From positions 20,661 through 84,660 of the forward strand of contig MFEL01000010.1 of the NCBI GenBank assembly GCA_001777575.1: a stretch of 64,000 nucleotides of DNA, read 5' to 3'. Positions 38,059-46,875 of the stretch are shown here, one piece after another. The stretch comes from Candidatus Doudnabacteria bacterium RIFCSPHIGHO2_01_FULL_46_24. Lineage in GTDB: Bacteria > Patescibacteriota > Doudnabacteria > UBA920 > O2-02-FULL-48-8. Every line of letters begins with the position of its first letter. The stretch's first letter is position 1. The position numbers were made by a program, and so were the translations under genes. The notes below the pieces were generated by a model that saw nothing but the letters and a program-made list of their open reading frames with translations, did not search any database and was not told the DNA's origin.

Positions 38059-39246
38059 TCAGTTATCAACAGAGGTGATTTTGTAAATTACCCCGGACTT
38101 GTCGTCAGAGACATAAAGCCCCCGGTTATAAAAAACCACATCCACCGGCCGGCCTAAGACAGTGTTACCTTGCAGCCAACCGGTGATGAAGTCCTCAAAC
38201 TCCTCAAAGTTGCCTTTTGAGTCCAATTTTACGCGCACCAATTTGTAACCGGTTGGATCCGACCGATTCCAGGAGCCGTGAAAAGCCACTATCAGATCAT
38301 GCCAGTAATCCTCAGGCCAGCCTTCTTCCGGCACAAACGCCAAGCCAAGCGGCGCGGAATGCGCCGGCATTTCGACTTTTGGCGCCTCTGAATCTTGGCA
38401 TGGATCGCGGATGTACTGATTTTTATCAAAATTCCGATCGTTGACCTTATTGCCATAACAAATCGGCCAGCCGTAATCCTTTCCTTCTGCCAGAATGTTG
38501 ATCTCTTCCGGCGGCAGGTTGTCGCCCAAATTGTCGCGACCCATGTCCGTGCCCCACATCCGGCCATCCACATAGCTCCAGGTAAAAAATACGGTGTTGC
38601 GCAAACCGGACGCGAATTTTTTGAAATCCGACCCGTCCGGATTCATGCTGTAAACCGCCGCCCTGCGAAGATCACCTTCGTTGCAGACATTGCAGGAAGA
38701 GCCGATTGATACGTACAACCTCAGATCTTCCGGGCCAAACCCCAGAGTGCGGGTGAAATGCCCGCCGCCTGATGGCAAGTCCGCAATCTTCTGCCCCGGA
38801 TCATCGGAATTGAGGGTAACGCGGGTGATTTTATTTTCCTCGGCGAAATAAAGCAGGCCAGGTGTCCGATAATCAAAAGCCAAGCCGTGTGGCTTGCGCA
38901 AATTCCGAAAAATGTCATGCTGGGCAATAACCCGGCCGTCCTTCATCTCAAGCTGGGTGATGACCCCTGCTGAAGTCCTGGATACCCACATATTGCCCGA
39001 GCCATCAAACGCCATCACTCTCGCTCCGGGCAATCCTTTGGCAAAAATTTCAATGGAAAAACCATCCGGCAACTTAAGTGGCATGCCGGTGGTGTTCTGA
39101 GGCGTATCATTTTTTAGATCAGTCTCAGCCGGCGGATTCACCGCGGGTCTCACCCCACGCAAGTTTTGCCAATAGAAAAGTATCCCTGCTAAAACGGCAA
39201 CGCCGACTATCGTGATTCCTAAATTTTTAAGTGTTGAGTTATTCAT
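38059..39246 (-). CDS. PQQ-dependent sugar (glucose/sorbosone) dehydrogenase-like beta-propeller, membrane anchored
   Basis: N-terminal TM; PHGLAF, GKDYGWPICYG motifs. Confidence 0.65.
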   Translation of the reverse strand: MNNSTLKNLGITIVGVAVLAGILFYWQNLRGVRPAVNPPAETDLKNDTPQNTTGMPLKLPDGFSIEIFAKGLPGARVMAFDGSGNMWVSRTSAGVITQLEMKDGRVIAQHDIFRNLRKPHGLAFDYRTPGLLYFAEENKITRVTLNSDDPGQKIADLPSGGGHFTRTLGFGPEDLRLYVSIGSSCNVCNEGDLRRAAVYSMNPDGSDFKKFASGLRNTVFFTWSYVDGRMWGTDMGRDNLGDNLPPEEINILAEGKDYGWPICYGNKVNDRNFDKNQYIRDPCQDSEAPKVEMPAHSAPLGLAFVPEEGWPEDYWHDLIVAFHGSWNRSDPTGYKLVRVKLDSKGNFEEFEDFITGWLQGNTVLGRPVDVVFYNRGLYVSDDKSGVIYKITSVDN

Positions 39247-39384
39247 GCTATTAACCCGGACCCATCCCCGAGGCGGGCGTTAAGAGAGAAATCGGGGATC
39301 TTACTGAGTCCTCGGCAAGATCCCGGATCCGCCGCTCTCCTGTCCCATACCGGGCGGTCCGGGATGGGACGCGAGGGCTTAATG

Positions 39385-40026
39385 TTAAACCTCAAGCCAA
39401 TTCTGCTCTCGCAAATCATTGAATTCAATGTCTGCCTTGGGTAAAAAAGTTTTGGGAATTCCGTGATGACCGCTAAACATGCTGATATTAATCATGGCAT
39501 CATGAACCGGAAACGCGATTTTGGGTTTGATTGCTATGGCATAATCAACCGCATCAGAAATTTTGAGCCACGGCCCGGCCACTGGCAGCGCCAAAATTTC
39601 AACCGATTTTTTCGGGTTATAAAGGCTGTCGCCAGGGTAAAACAATCGATCAGCAATCATAAACCCTGTGTTTTGGACCTGTCCATATTCCTGATAAATC
39701 ACGGCATGTTTTTCGCCGTGCCCTTCGAGTGTAATGCCCTTGAAATTTTCGCTCTGTCCATGCTCAAGCAAGCTAAAAGATATCTCGGCTTCTGACAAAA
39801 TTTTGCCAACGGCTGAATTGGTCCATATAACAGCCGCGGGATTATTCTGCAAAATTTTTTTGACCGAGTCCATGTGCAAATGATCCGAATGTTCGTGGGT
39901 GATCAAAACCAAATCAATATTTTTGATTTCATTCTGGGCCGTACTCCAAGCGCCGGGATCAGTCAAAATCCTGACTCCATTTTCTTCGATAAGCAAACAG
40001 CAATGTCCCGGTTTTGTAATCTTCAT
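39385..40026 (-). CDS. metallo-beta-lactamase-fold hydrolase
   Basis: LVLITHEHSDHLH (HxHxDH); start ATG lies within the repeat TIR. Confidence 0.8.
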   Translation of the reverse strand: MKITKPGHCCLLIEENGVRILTDPGAWSTAQNEIKNIDLVLITHEHSDHLHMDSVKKILQNNPAAVIWTNSAVGKILSEAEISFSLLEHGQSENFKGITLEGHGEKHAVIYQEYGQVQNTGFMIADRLFYPGDSLYNPKKSVEILALPVAGPWLKISDAVDYAIAIKPKIAFPVHDAMINISMFSGHHGIPKTFLPKADIEFNDLREQNWLEV

Positions 40027-40130
40027 CCCGTTTAGAAATTTAATTGCCTAGATTAATAGTTGAAACTTGATATTCCTGTTTAGCGATGCCTCCTTGAAGC
40101 TAGTCTAAAAAATTTCTAACGGGATTCATA
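40021..40130 (-). repeat. inverted-repeat (MITE-like) element, copy 2, inverted relative to copy 1
   Basis: TIRs CTTCATCCCGTTTAGAAATTT (40021-40041) and AATTTCTAACGGGATTCATA (40111-40130), identical to the copy-1 TIRs; the MBL start codon lies in the TIR. Confidence 0.75.
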
Positions 40131-40276
40131 ATTGATCAATTTTGGCAGCCATAATAAAATCATTTTCCGAAAGCCCGCCGATGGCATGCCAGATTCGCAC
40201 GGCACGCATTTTTTGTGAATCAATTTCATATAGGCATTTTAGCACAAAAAAACAAGCAAAATCTGGAAGCCAACAC

Positions 40277-40483
40277 CTACTCGAGGTGGGAACGGATAGC
40301 TTGAACCTGATTTGGGGTCAGGTCCTTCACCGGGATCCGATCTCGGCAACGGAATCCATTCAGCAAAATATCCTGAATAATTCCGTAATGGGGCTCAACT
40401 CCGTGAGTGATGTCGTGCGCGTGCTTGACTTGTGCCAGGCTGTAAAAGCCGTCTTCCGCTTGCTTGGTTGCAAGAACTCTCAT
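40277..40483 (-). CDS. small protein (68 aa), weakly HicB/UPF0150-like
   Basis: Strong SD GGAAGGAGGG and a TATAAT -10 upstream; ATKQAEDGFYSL resembles the HicB N-terminus; no partner toxin found. Confidence 0.4.
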   Translation of the reverse strand: MRVLATKQAEDGFYSLAQVKHAHDITHGVEPHYGIIQDILLNGFRCRDRIPVKDLTPNQVQAIRSHLE

Positions 40484-40515
40484 GATCCCTCCTTCCTTTG
40501 TGCTAAGATTATAGC

Positions 40516-42168
40516 ATGAGCTTGCTTAACACAAAAACGAAAATTGCCCTCATCTTTGCGGCTGTCGGTTTAATTCTTTATGCCAACAGCTTAAATAACC
40601 AAATGTTTTGGGATGACCAGGACATCATCCTTAACAACCAGTATGTCCAAAATTTCGATTGGCCGAAGTTTTTCAGCGAAAACCAGATCGCGGGCGCGGG
40701 GCTTACCAGCAACTACTGGCGGCCGCTGATGCTGACGGCGTTCTCAATTGAGTGGCAGCTCTGGAATGACTGGGCTCCCGGATACCACTTGATAAATCTC
40801 TTATTGCACATCGCCAATACTATCTTACTGTACAGTATTACAGTAAGGTTATTTCGCTTGCCCTGGGTTTCTTTTCTGACAAGCTTAATCTTCCTCATCC
40901 ATCCGCTGCAGACCGAGGCGGTCACCTATGTCTCCGGCCTGGCCGATGTGCTTTCAACTTTTTTTATTTTCTTAGGCATATTATTTTACTGCAAATTTCG
41001 GCTTACCCAAAATAGCGGTCACAATTTTAGGTACTTCCATAAATACTACGGTTACACTTTACTTTGCTATATCGCAGCTATACTTTCCAAAGACACGGCT
41101 GTGGTTATGCCGGCCATGCTGGCCCTGACAGATTTTTTTGCCCTGCCCTCAGAGCTTACGGTCAAGCAACGTCTGTTCAAAGTTGTCAAAAATATCTGGC
41201 CATTTTTCCTGCTGGCCGGCCTCTACCTGCTTCTGCGCGCCACCGCGCTTAACTTCAGCAACACCTTCAATGTTTATGGCGAAGAAAATCTGTTTACGGA
41301 AAATTTTGGCGTCCGGCTGCTGGCTTTCTTCCGCGCCATGGCAATTTATTTCCAACTTTTGTTTTGGCCGAATAATCTGCATATGGAGCGCGGCTTCGAC
41401 ATTCCCCACAACCTACTCATTCCGGACGTCTTTGTTGGGGGCTTACTCGTCTTTGGCCTAATAACCGCGGCCTTTTTATGCATCAAAAAATACCCAATCA
41501 TAAGTTTTGGGATTTTCTGGTTCTTCATCCGCCTGTTTCCCAATTCCAACCTCCTCATTCCGAATTCGGGCCTGATTTACGAGCATTGGATGTACGTGCC
41601 GATGATTGGAATATTTTTGGTCATGTCTTATCTTGCGTTAAATGTAGCGGAGGCCTTTAGGCCTCCATTATGGAAACCTAAAGGTTTCCGCTACATACTT
41701 GCATTGCTGCTTATATTCTATCTCGCGATTTTGGGCAAAAAAACCATTGCCCGCAACAATGACTGGCAAGACCCAATCACTTTTTACAACCAAACGCTTA
41801 AGTATTCCCAAACTTATCGCGTCTTAAACAACCTCGGTATGGCCTATGCCGACGCCAAGCTGTCTGCCGAAGCGATTGAAACTTACCAAAAAGCCATCAA
41901 CCTGGACGCCCACAACGCCGTGGCTTACCACAACCTCGGCAACTCCTATAAAGAAATTGGCAACCGCGGGCAGGCGGTCAAAAACTTCGAAACCGCCATC
42001 GAAAAGCAGCCTGATTTCTTCTTCTCTTACTACGCGCTCGCTCAGCTCTATCTGGACGAAAAAAACTATGCCTCGGCAATCAGTGTTCTTGAAAAATTAC
42101 AGAAGTTAAATCCAGCAGACCAGAAAATAGCGAGGTTAATTGAACAAATAAAAAGGCTCCGCAAATAG
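40516..42168 (+). CDS. TMTC-like multi-pass membrane protein (DUF1736, GT39/PMT-like) with C-terminal TPR repeats
   Basis: YWRPLMLTAFSIEWQLW...HLINLLLH; about 11 TM; 4-5 TPR repeats at the C-terminus. Confidence 0.7.
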   Translation: MSLLNTKTKIALIFAAVGLILYANSLNNQMFWDDQDIILNNQYVQNFDWPKFFSENQIAGAGLTSNYWRPLMLTAFSIEWQLWNDWAPGYHLINLLLHIANTILLYSITVRLFRLPWVSFLTSLIFLIHPLQTEAVTYVSGLADVLSTFFIFLGILFYCKFRLTQNSGHNFRYFHKYYGYTLLCYIAAILSKDTAVVMPAMLALTDFFALPSELTVKQRLFKVVKNIWPFFLLAGLYLLLRATALNFSNTFNVYGEENLFTENFGVRLLAFFRAMAIYFQLLFWPNNLHMERGFDIPHNLLIPDVFVGGLLVFGLITAAFLCIKKYPIISFGIFWFFIRLFPNSNLLIPNSGLIYEHWMYVPMIGIFLVMSYLALNVAEAFRPPLWKPKGFRYILALLLIFYLAILGKKTIARNNDWQDPITFYNQTLKYSQTYRVLNNLGMAYADAKLSAEAIETYQKAINLDAHNAVAYHNLGNSYKEIGNRGQAVKNFETAIEKQPDFFFSYYALAQLYLDEKNYASAISVLEKLQKLNPADQKIARLIEQIKRLRK

Positions 42169-42205
42169 TGGAAATTTTTGTGTCATCCTGAACTTGTTTC
42201 AGGAT

Positions 42206-42646
42206 CTATCCCCAGAGCGCGAGGATGACTCCAAACATGAGCAACTGGACCAGGTAATATCCGCTGTTTAAGCTCCACAACTTCCAGCTCTTCTGGCCCC
42301 AAAGCACATCGCTCATGGTCACAGGCAGCACAAACCCCAGCCACATCCAGAAGCCGGTGGAAAGCCCGGCGGCATATCCTTCGACATTCATATACGAACT
42401 GGCAAACACCAGCGCGTGCGCCAAAACATAGGCCATAACCAATGCTCCGACAAATGACAAAGCATAGCTTTTGATCATACCCTTTTTGGCTTCAGCCATT
42501 TGCTCCGGATTCATCTTGTCCCAGCCCATCAAACGCATCCACATTTTGCCGAACACCGGCCCGTACCACAAAGAACCCAAGGCAATGCTGACCACTCCAC
42601 AAACCAGCACGGCCCAATAATTCAAAGGCACTGCTTGCATATACAT
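42206..42646 (-). CDS. hypothetical membrane protein (DUF1761-like)
   Basis: 4 TM helices, 146 aa. Confidence 0.45.
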   Translation of the reverse strand: MYMQAVPLNYWAVLVCGVVSIALGSLWYGPVFGKMWMRLMGWDKMNPEQMAEAKKGMIKSYALSFVGALVMAYVLAHALVFASSYMNVEGYAAGLSTGFWMWLGFVLPVTMSDVLWGQKSWKLWSLNSGYYLVQLLMFGVILALWG

Positions 42647-42785
42647 TTCCTTATTTAATAATCTGCTTTAATTATACATCCCAATTAAATCCCGGCCAAC
42701 TTAGCTATGGTGTTCATGTGCTCAATATACTACAATCAAATTATTCCAGTACTTACTACGGACATAACAAGGAGGTAAAAACGGA

Positions 42786-44162
42786 ATGTGCGCCATATTT
42801 GGCATCACAGGAACCAATACAGCGGCTAACAGCGCATTCTTCGGTTTGCACGCCATGCAACACCGAGGACAGGAATCCGCAGGCATCGCCAGTCACGACG
42901 GCGAACTGATCCACAAGGTCGCCGGCATGGGGTATGTCGATGACGTTTTCCCCGATGAAAAAGTCCTCGGCACCCTGACAGGCAAAACCGCCATCGGCCA
43001 TACCCGCTACTCGACTACCGGCACCAGCCGGCTCAAGAACGCCCAGCCGTTCGAAATCAAATGCAAGCACGGGCGGTTCGCAATCGCCCACAACGGAAAC
43101 CTGACGAACACCGACGCGCTGCGAGCAGATCTGGAAGGGGAAGGAGCTATCTTCCAGACCGAATCCGACACTGAGGTCATTCTTCACCTCTATGCCCGCG
43201 CAAACGCCACCAACTCCCAGGAAGCCATCATCCGGGCTTTGACCCAGGTCGAAGGCTCATACGCGCTGGTGATGTTGACTCCTGACGGACTGGTCGCAGC
43301 TCGCGACCCGAGGGGTTTCAAGCCCCTGGTCATCGGCAGGCTCGATGATTCATGGATCGTGGCTTCCGAAACCTGCGCCCTCGATATCCTGGAGGCGAAA
43401 TACGTGCGCGATGTTGAGCGCGGAGAAATCGTGTTCTTCACCGCAAACGGCATGCCCAAGAGCATCCGCCCCTTCGGCAAGCTTCCACCACAAGCCGCCT
43501 GCATCTTTGAGCACGTTTACTTCGCACGGCCCGACAGCTACATTTTCGGCAACGCCAGCGTTTCGGTCCACCGACAGCGGTTCGGATATTTGCTGGCAAA
43601 ACAGTCTCCGGCGGATGCCGACATCGTGGCTGCAGTGCCGGATTCGGGAGTCCATGCGGCATTAGGCTTCGCCGAAGGCTCAGGCCTTCCCTACAAAGTC
43701 GCGCTGACCCGCAACCACTATGTCGGCAGGACATTCATCAACCCCTCCGGGGACGGCCGCAGGATCGGGGTGCGGATGAAGCTCAATCCCATTCGCAGCG
43801 TGGTCGAAGGCAAGCGCATCGTGCTTGTGGATGACTCCATCGTCCGCGGCATTACCAGCCGCAAGATCGTTCGTCTGGTCAAAACGGCCGGAGCGAAGGA
43901 AGTCCATGTGCGGATCAGCTGCCCGCCAACGATCGCGCCGTGCCACTACGGCATCGACACCCCTGATTTCAACGAACTGATTGCGTCGAGCAACAGCGTT
44001 GAGGAAATCTGCCGCTTCATCGAAGCCGACAGCTTGGCGTATCTTAAGCTCGATGCAACTCTGGCGGCAGTGGATGGTACGGAAGGAGGTTTCTGCACCG
44101 CTTGCTATACCGGCGACTACCCTGTTCTGCCCCACGGCGCCATTCCGCTTCGACCCGCTTAG
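42786..44162 (+). CDS. purF: amidophosphoribosyltransferase (class II glutamine amidotransferase + PRTase), high GC
   Basis: N-terminal MCAIFGI (Ntn Cys), VDDSIVRGITS PRTase motif, C-terminal Cys cluster; GC about 58 percent. Confidence 0.85.
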   Translation: MCAIFGITGTNTAANSAFFGLHAMQHRGQESAGIASHDGELIHKVAGMGYVDDVFPDEKVLGTLTGKTAIGHTRYSTTGTSRLKNAQPFEIKCKHGRFAIAHNGNLTNTDALRADLEGEGAIFQTESDTEVILHLYARANATNSQEAIIRALTQVEGSYALVMLTPDGLVAARDPRGFKPLVIGRLDDSWIVASETCALDILEAKYVRDVERGEIVFFTANGMPKSIRPFGKLPPQAACIFEHVYFARPDSYIFGNASVSVHRQRFGYLLAKQSPADADIVAAVPDSGVHAALGFAEGSGLPYKVALTRNHYVGRTFINPSGDGRRIGVRMKLNPIRSVVEGKRIVLVDDSIVRGITSRKIVRLVKTAGAKEVHVRISCPPTIAPCHYGIDTPDFNELIASSNSVEEICRFIEADSLAYLKLDATLAAVDGTEGGFCTACYTGDYPVLPHGAIPLRPA

Positions 44163-45380
44163 GCAAATCGCCCAGCTGGTCTTTTTTTATGCGAAAAAAA
44201 AGGCTTCCAAACAGGCGGAAGCCGGGGTAACGAACAAAACGTGGTTGGGATCAGGCTCGCGGCCGGAGGCCGCGTATGGGTATGGGACCATACGCTAGGC
44301 GCTGATCAAACGCCATGAAAGCCACAAGCCCGACCCCTTCCACGGGCTGCAAGAGCAGGATCACAGGCTCTAATGAAAGACGCTTAAGCGGCAACTTGAG
44401 CGTCCGAGCCACAATCGATTCAGTAAGAAGGCTGGTGTGGCCTTGGAACAACGCTTATGGTCGGGCATATGAACCCTCCACAAACTTGGGCAGTTCCTCG
44501 CCGCCCTAAGTCCCATGCCGCCTTCTCGCTTTCGCAGCCACGCTTAAAGTCACTTGGGGCGGGGTTGCCATCGTGACTCGAAAATCCTAGAGCAGCGGGT
44601 CGAACGGCTCATCAGTCGCATCAGTGATGCTCTGTCGCATCCCTTCCCCGGAACGCAGCTGTCCTGTCAGATCCGGAGTCGCAGCAGCGTCTGACTGGTT
44701 CCTCCGATCAGCCAAGACCTGGGCATATGCGATCCTGCGATGGGTCGCGAGCCACTCATCGATTTCCGCGCGCCTGTAGTTATTCGCGTCACTCATTCGA
44801 TTCCTCCATCAAAGTGCTTCAAGCATAACAAAAAATTCAAGCCAACGCAAAATCCCCGTCAAATTTCCAGTACCTGGTAAGAGGTAATGTTTTCAACTTA
44901 AACACTAAAACGATCCATATGCAGAATCAATTAGATATTTATTAAAATAAAAAAGCAAGAGCCTTGAGCCTTGCTGAAAACGAAGGTCGCCTTTATGTCT
45001 ATGGAATTTCGACCGGTTCGGCGCGCTGCGCGAGATGGAGAAAGCGTTCCTCGGACGGGTGTAAGCAGATGCACACGACGCCATTATCACCAACCTGTGC
45101 GTACTCGGGGGTGAAGAGGAAGCGAAAGAAATAGGAGCTGACGAGAATTACAGCGTCCCAACGCACGCTTTTGTCAGAGGGCACATGGAACATGAATTCG
45201 AACACTCTCCTCCCCTCGCAAGCGTCAAATGCCCTGCGTCGAACACAATAGCCGTTACTCCCGATGTGTCATCAACGGCATCCGCTATCTTCTGTGCAGT
45301 CTGAGTCATGTTTCCTCCTTGTGTCATTGATAGTATACCCTTGAATCATTAGGCAAAAACAGATAAAATAATACCGCTAT

Positions 45381-45454
45381 TCCGGGATCGTCTAACGGTA
45401 GGACGGCGGACTCTGAATCCGCTAATCTTGGTTCGAATCCAAGTCCCGGAGCCA
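45381..45454 (+). tRNA. tRNA-Gln (anticodon CUG)
   Basis: Acceptor TCCGGGA/TCCCGGA, D-arm TCGTCTAACGGTAGGACG, anticodon stem GCGGA-ctCTGaa-TCCGC, T-arm TTGGTTCGAATCCAAG, CCA encoded. Confidence 0.88.
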
Positions 45455-45456
45455 AA

Positions 45457-45492
45457 AAAAAATCCCGCCAAGGCGGGACTTTTGCGTTTTTA
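45457..45492. terminator. bidirectional rho-independent terminator
   Basis: AAAAAAAATCCCGCC-aag-GGCGGGACTTTTGCGTTTTT. Confidence 0.8.
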
Positions 45493-46092
45493 GAACCCCA
45501 AAACTTCGTTGACGAAAATCAGGTGGATCCGGCCGGGTTTGACTTCTTTGTTGATGATCAAAAGTTTGCTGACGTTGGAACCCATGCCATAGGCTTTCTG
45601 AGCTCGGGCGTCTTCCAGAGGCAAAACATACTCGTGGATTCTTTTTATTCCCTCATCCACATTGGCTACTATTTTTTGAGCGCCCACAACCCAAATCACA
45701 TGATCCGCGCCGTAGACATATGAAGGAAGCTGGCTGCCGGTGTTGGACGCGATCAAAACACTGCCGTCCATAGTTACGGCATGCACCGAACCTATGGTCC
45801 ATTCTGGCGCTGCCCCTGATTTTTGCTTTTCCCTTTGGCTCTGGTCTTTAAACTTTGCTCTGGCGGGATTATATTTGCTTGAGCCATTGATCTCGTCTGC
45901 AATGCCAAGGGTACTCAAAGTAACGGAGGTTTGGGTCATAATATCCGCGCCTTCCGGCAGCAATTCAAACACCCGCCGTTTGGCATCAGCGCCTATCTCC
46001 ACAAACTCCGCCTCAATGCCATTCTCCTTGAGGGCTTCAATTGTATTCTGGATATTTTTTTGAGATGCCAGTTTGGAATATTCTTTCAACAT
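45490..46092 (-). CDS. LUD-domain (LutC/YkgG-like) protein
   Basis: 200 aa; C-terminal pattern VIWVVGAQKIV...LIINKE. Confidence 0.6.
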   Translation of the reverse strand: MLKEYSKLASQKNIQNTIEALKENGIEAEFVEIGADAKRRVFELLPEGADIMTQTSVTLSTLGIADEINGSSKYNPARAKFKDQSQREKQKSGAAPEWTIGSVHAVTMDGSVLIASNTGSQLPSYVYGADHVIWVVGAQKIVANVDEGIKRIHEYVLPLEDARAQKAYGMGSNVSKLLIINKEVKPGRIHLIFVNEVLGF

Positions 46093-46160
46093 ATTTTTTC
46101 TTTCTTATATTAGTTATTTTTTAGAAATTTCATATATCAATCTCGTACAAACTGTTCACT

Positions 46161-46188
46161 TACTACCATGATACTTATCATGGTAGTA
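46161..46188. promoter_or_regulatory. 28-bp perfect palindrome TACTACCATGATA-ct-TATCATGGTAGTA (candidate operator)
   Basis: Lies between the LUD gene start and the TrpR-like gene end; near-identical copy at 46719-46745. Confidence 0.6.
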
Positions 46189-46206
46189 TTAACCCGAAAA
46201 ATTAAA

Positions 46207-46716
46207 TCATTGAGTAAGTAACTTATTTAACTCTGATGTCAAATGGGTTTTAGTTCTTAGCTGCTCAACAACCTTTAAGAGCCGCTGTTTTTCTCGCTTC
46301 TTAGCAGATTTTATAATCTCTTTCAAAAGCAGTTCTGGCCAAAAATACATCGGGTACTTCTTTTTAAGCTGGGAGTAGGGTTTGGCCAGTTCATCATCTG
46401 ACTTATTCCTGCTAGCGCATCTTTTAATAACTTCGCGATAGCCGTCTCCATAAAGCTCCAACCATGTTTGCACTCGCGCGATCGTGCCGGGGCCTGCCTT
46501 CAACCTTGACCTGATTTGATCATAGGTCAGGCCTTCGATCAGAAGTTCTGCTATTTGCAGGCGTCTAGCCAGCATTAATACTTCGACTTCAGAAAGTAAA
46601 TCCCTCAAAAAGTTGGCTGCTTCTTGGGAACTGTGCAGCGTTGTGATTGCTTTCGCAAGTTTGATAAAAAGTTCGTTCTGCTCCTGCTTCTTTAATTTAT
46701 ATTTCAAATTATGCAT
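46207..46716 (-). CDS. TrpR/YerC/YecD-family DNA-binding protein
   Basis: LSEVEVLMLARRLQIAELLIEGLTYDQIRSRLKAGPGTIARVQ. Confidence 0.7.
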   Translation of the reverse strand: MHNLKYKLKKQEQNELFIKLAKAITTLHSSQEAANFLRDLLSEVEVLMLARRLQIAELLIEGLTYDQIRSRLKAGPGTIARVQTWLELYGDGYREVIKRCASRNKSDDELAKPYSQLKKKYPMYFWPELLLKEIIKSAKKREKQRLLKVVEQLRTKTHLTSELNKLLTQ

Positions 46717-46718
46717 AT

Positions 46719-46745
46719 GCTACCATGATACTTATGATGGTAGTA
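46719..46745. promoter_or_regulatory. second copy of the palindromic operator (1 mismatch), abutting the start codon of the TrpR-like gene
   Basis: GCTACCATGATACTTATGATGGTAGTA. Confidence 0.6.
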
Positions 46746-46842
46746 TTTGTCAAACAATAAAATAGCTATTTGAATAAAATGTTATTTTCCAGTAAGCTTA
46801 AGCCTAAGAACTTATTATAAGTGGAATAATGTCATCCTGATG

Positions 46843-46851
46843 TGTTATAAT
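46843..46851 (+). promoter_or_regulatory. TGTTATAAT extended -10 for hppA
   Basis: 25 nt upstream of the ATG at 46876. Confidence 0.45.
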
Positions 46852-46875
46852 TGATAATACTATTATTTTTTTATT

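Noticed and set aside
40116-40229. 37-codon minus-strand ORF (MKLIHKKCVPCESG...)
   Set aside because: It begins inside the terminal inverted repeat of the MITE-like element and has no RBS. It is most likely a chance ORF created by the repeat.
44163-44586. Possible tmRNA, RNase P or SRP RNA in the GC-rich spacer after purF
   Set aside because: None of the hallmark sequences were found by eye on either strand. tmRNA has 5' GGGG...UUCGAC and a 3' tRNA-like end plus a tag ORF. RNase P has AAAGUCCGG. SRP has the domain IV GGAA/AGCAG motifs. The region is left as unexplained non-coding sequence.
45455-45500. Integration att site duplicating the tRNA-Gln 3' end
   Set aside because: No direct repeat of the tRNA 3' end was found flanking the high-GC purF region. 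That region also lies on the 5' side of the tRNA, which is atypical for tRNA-targeted islands.
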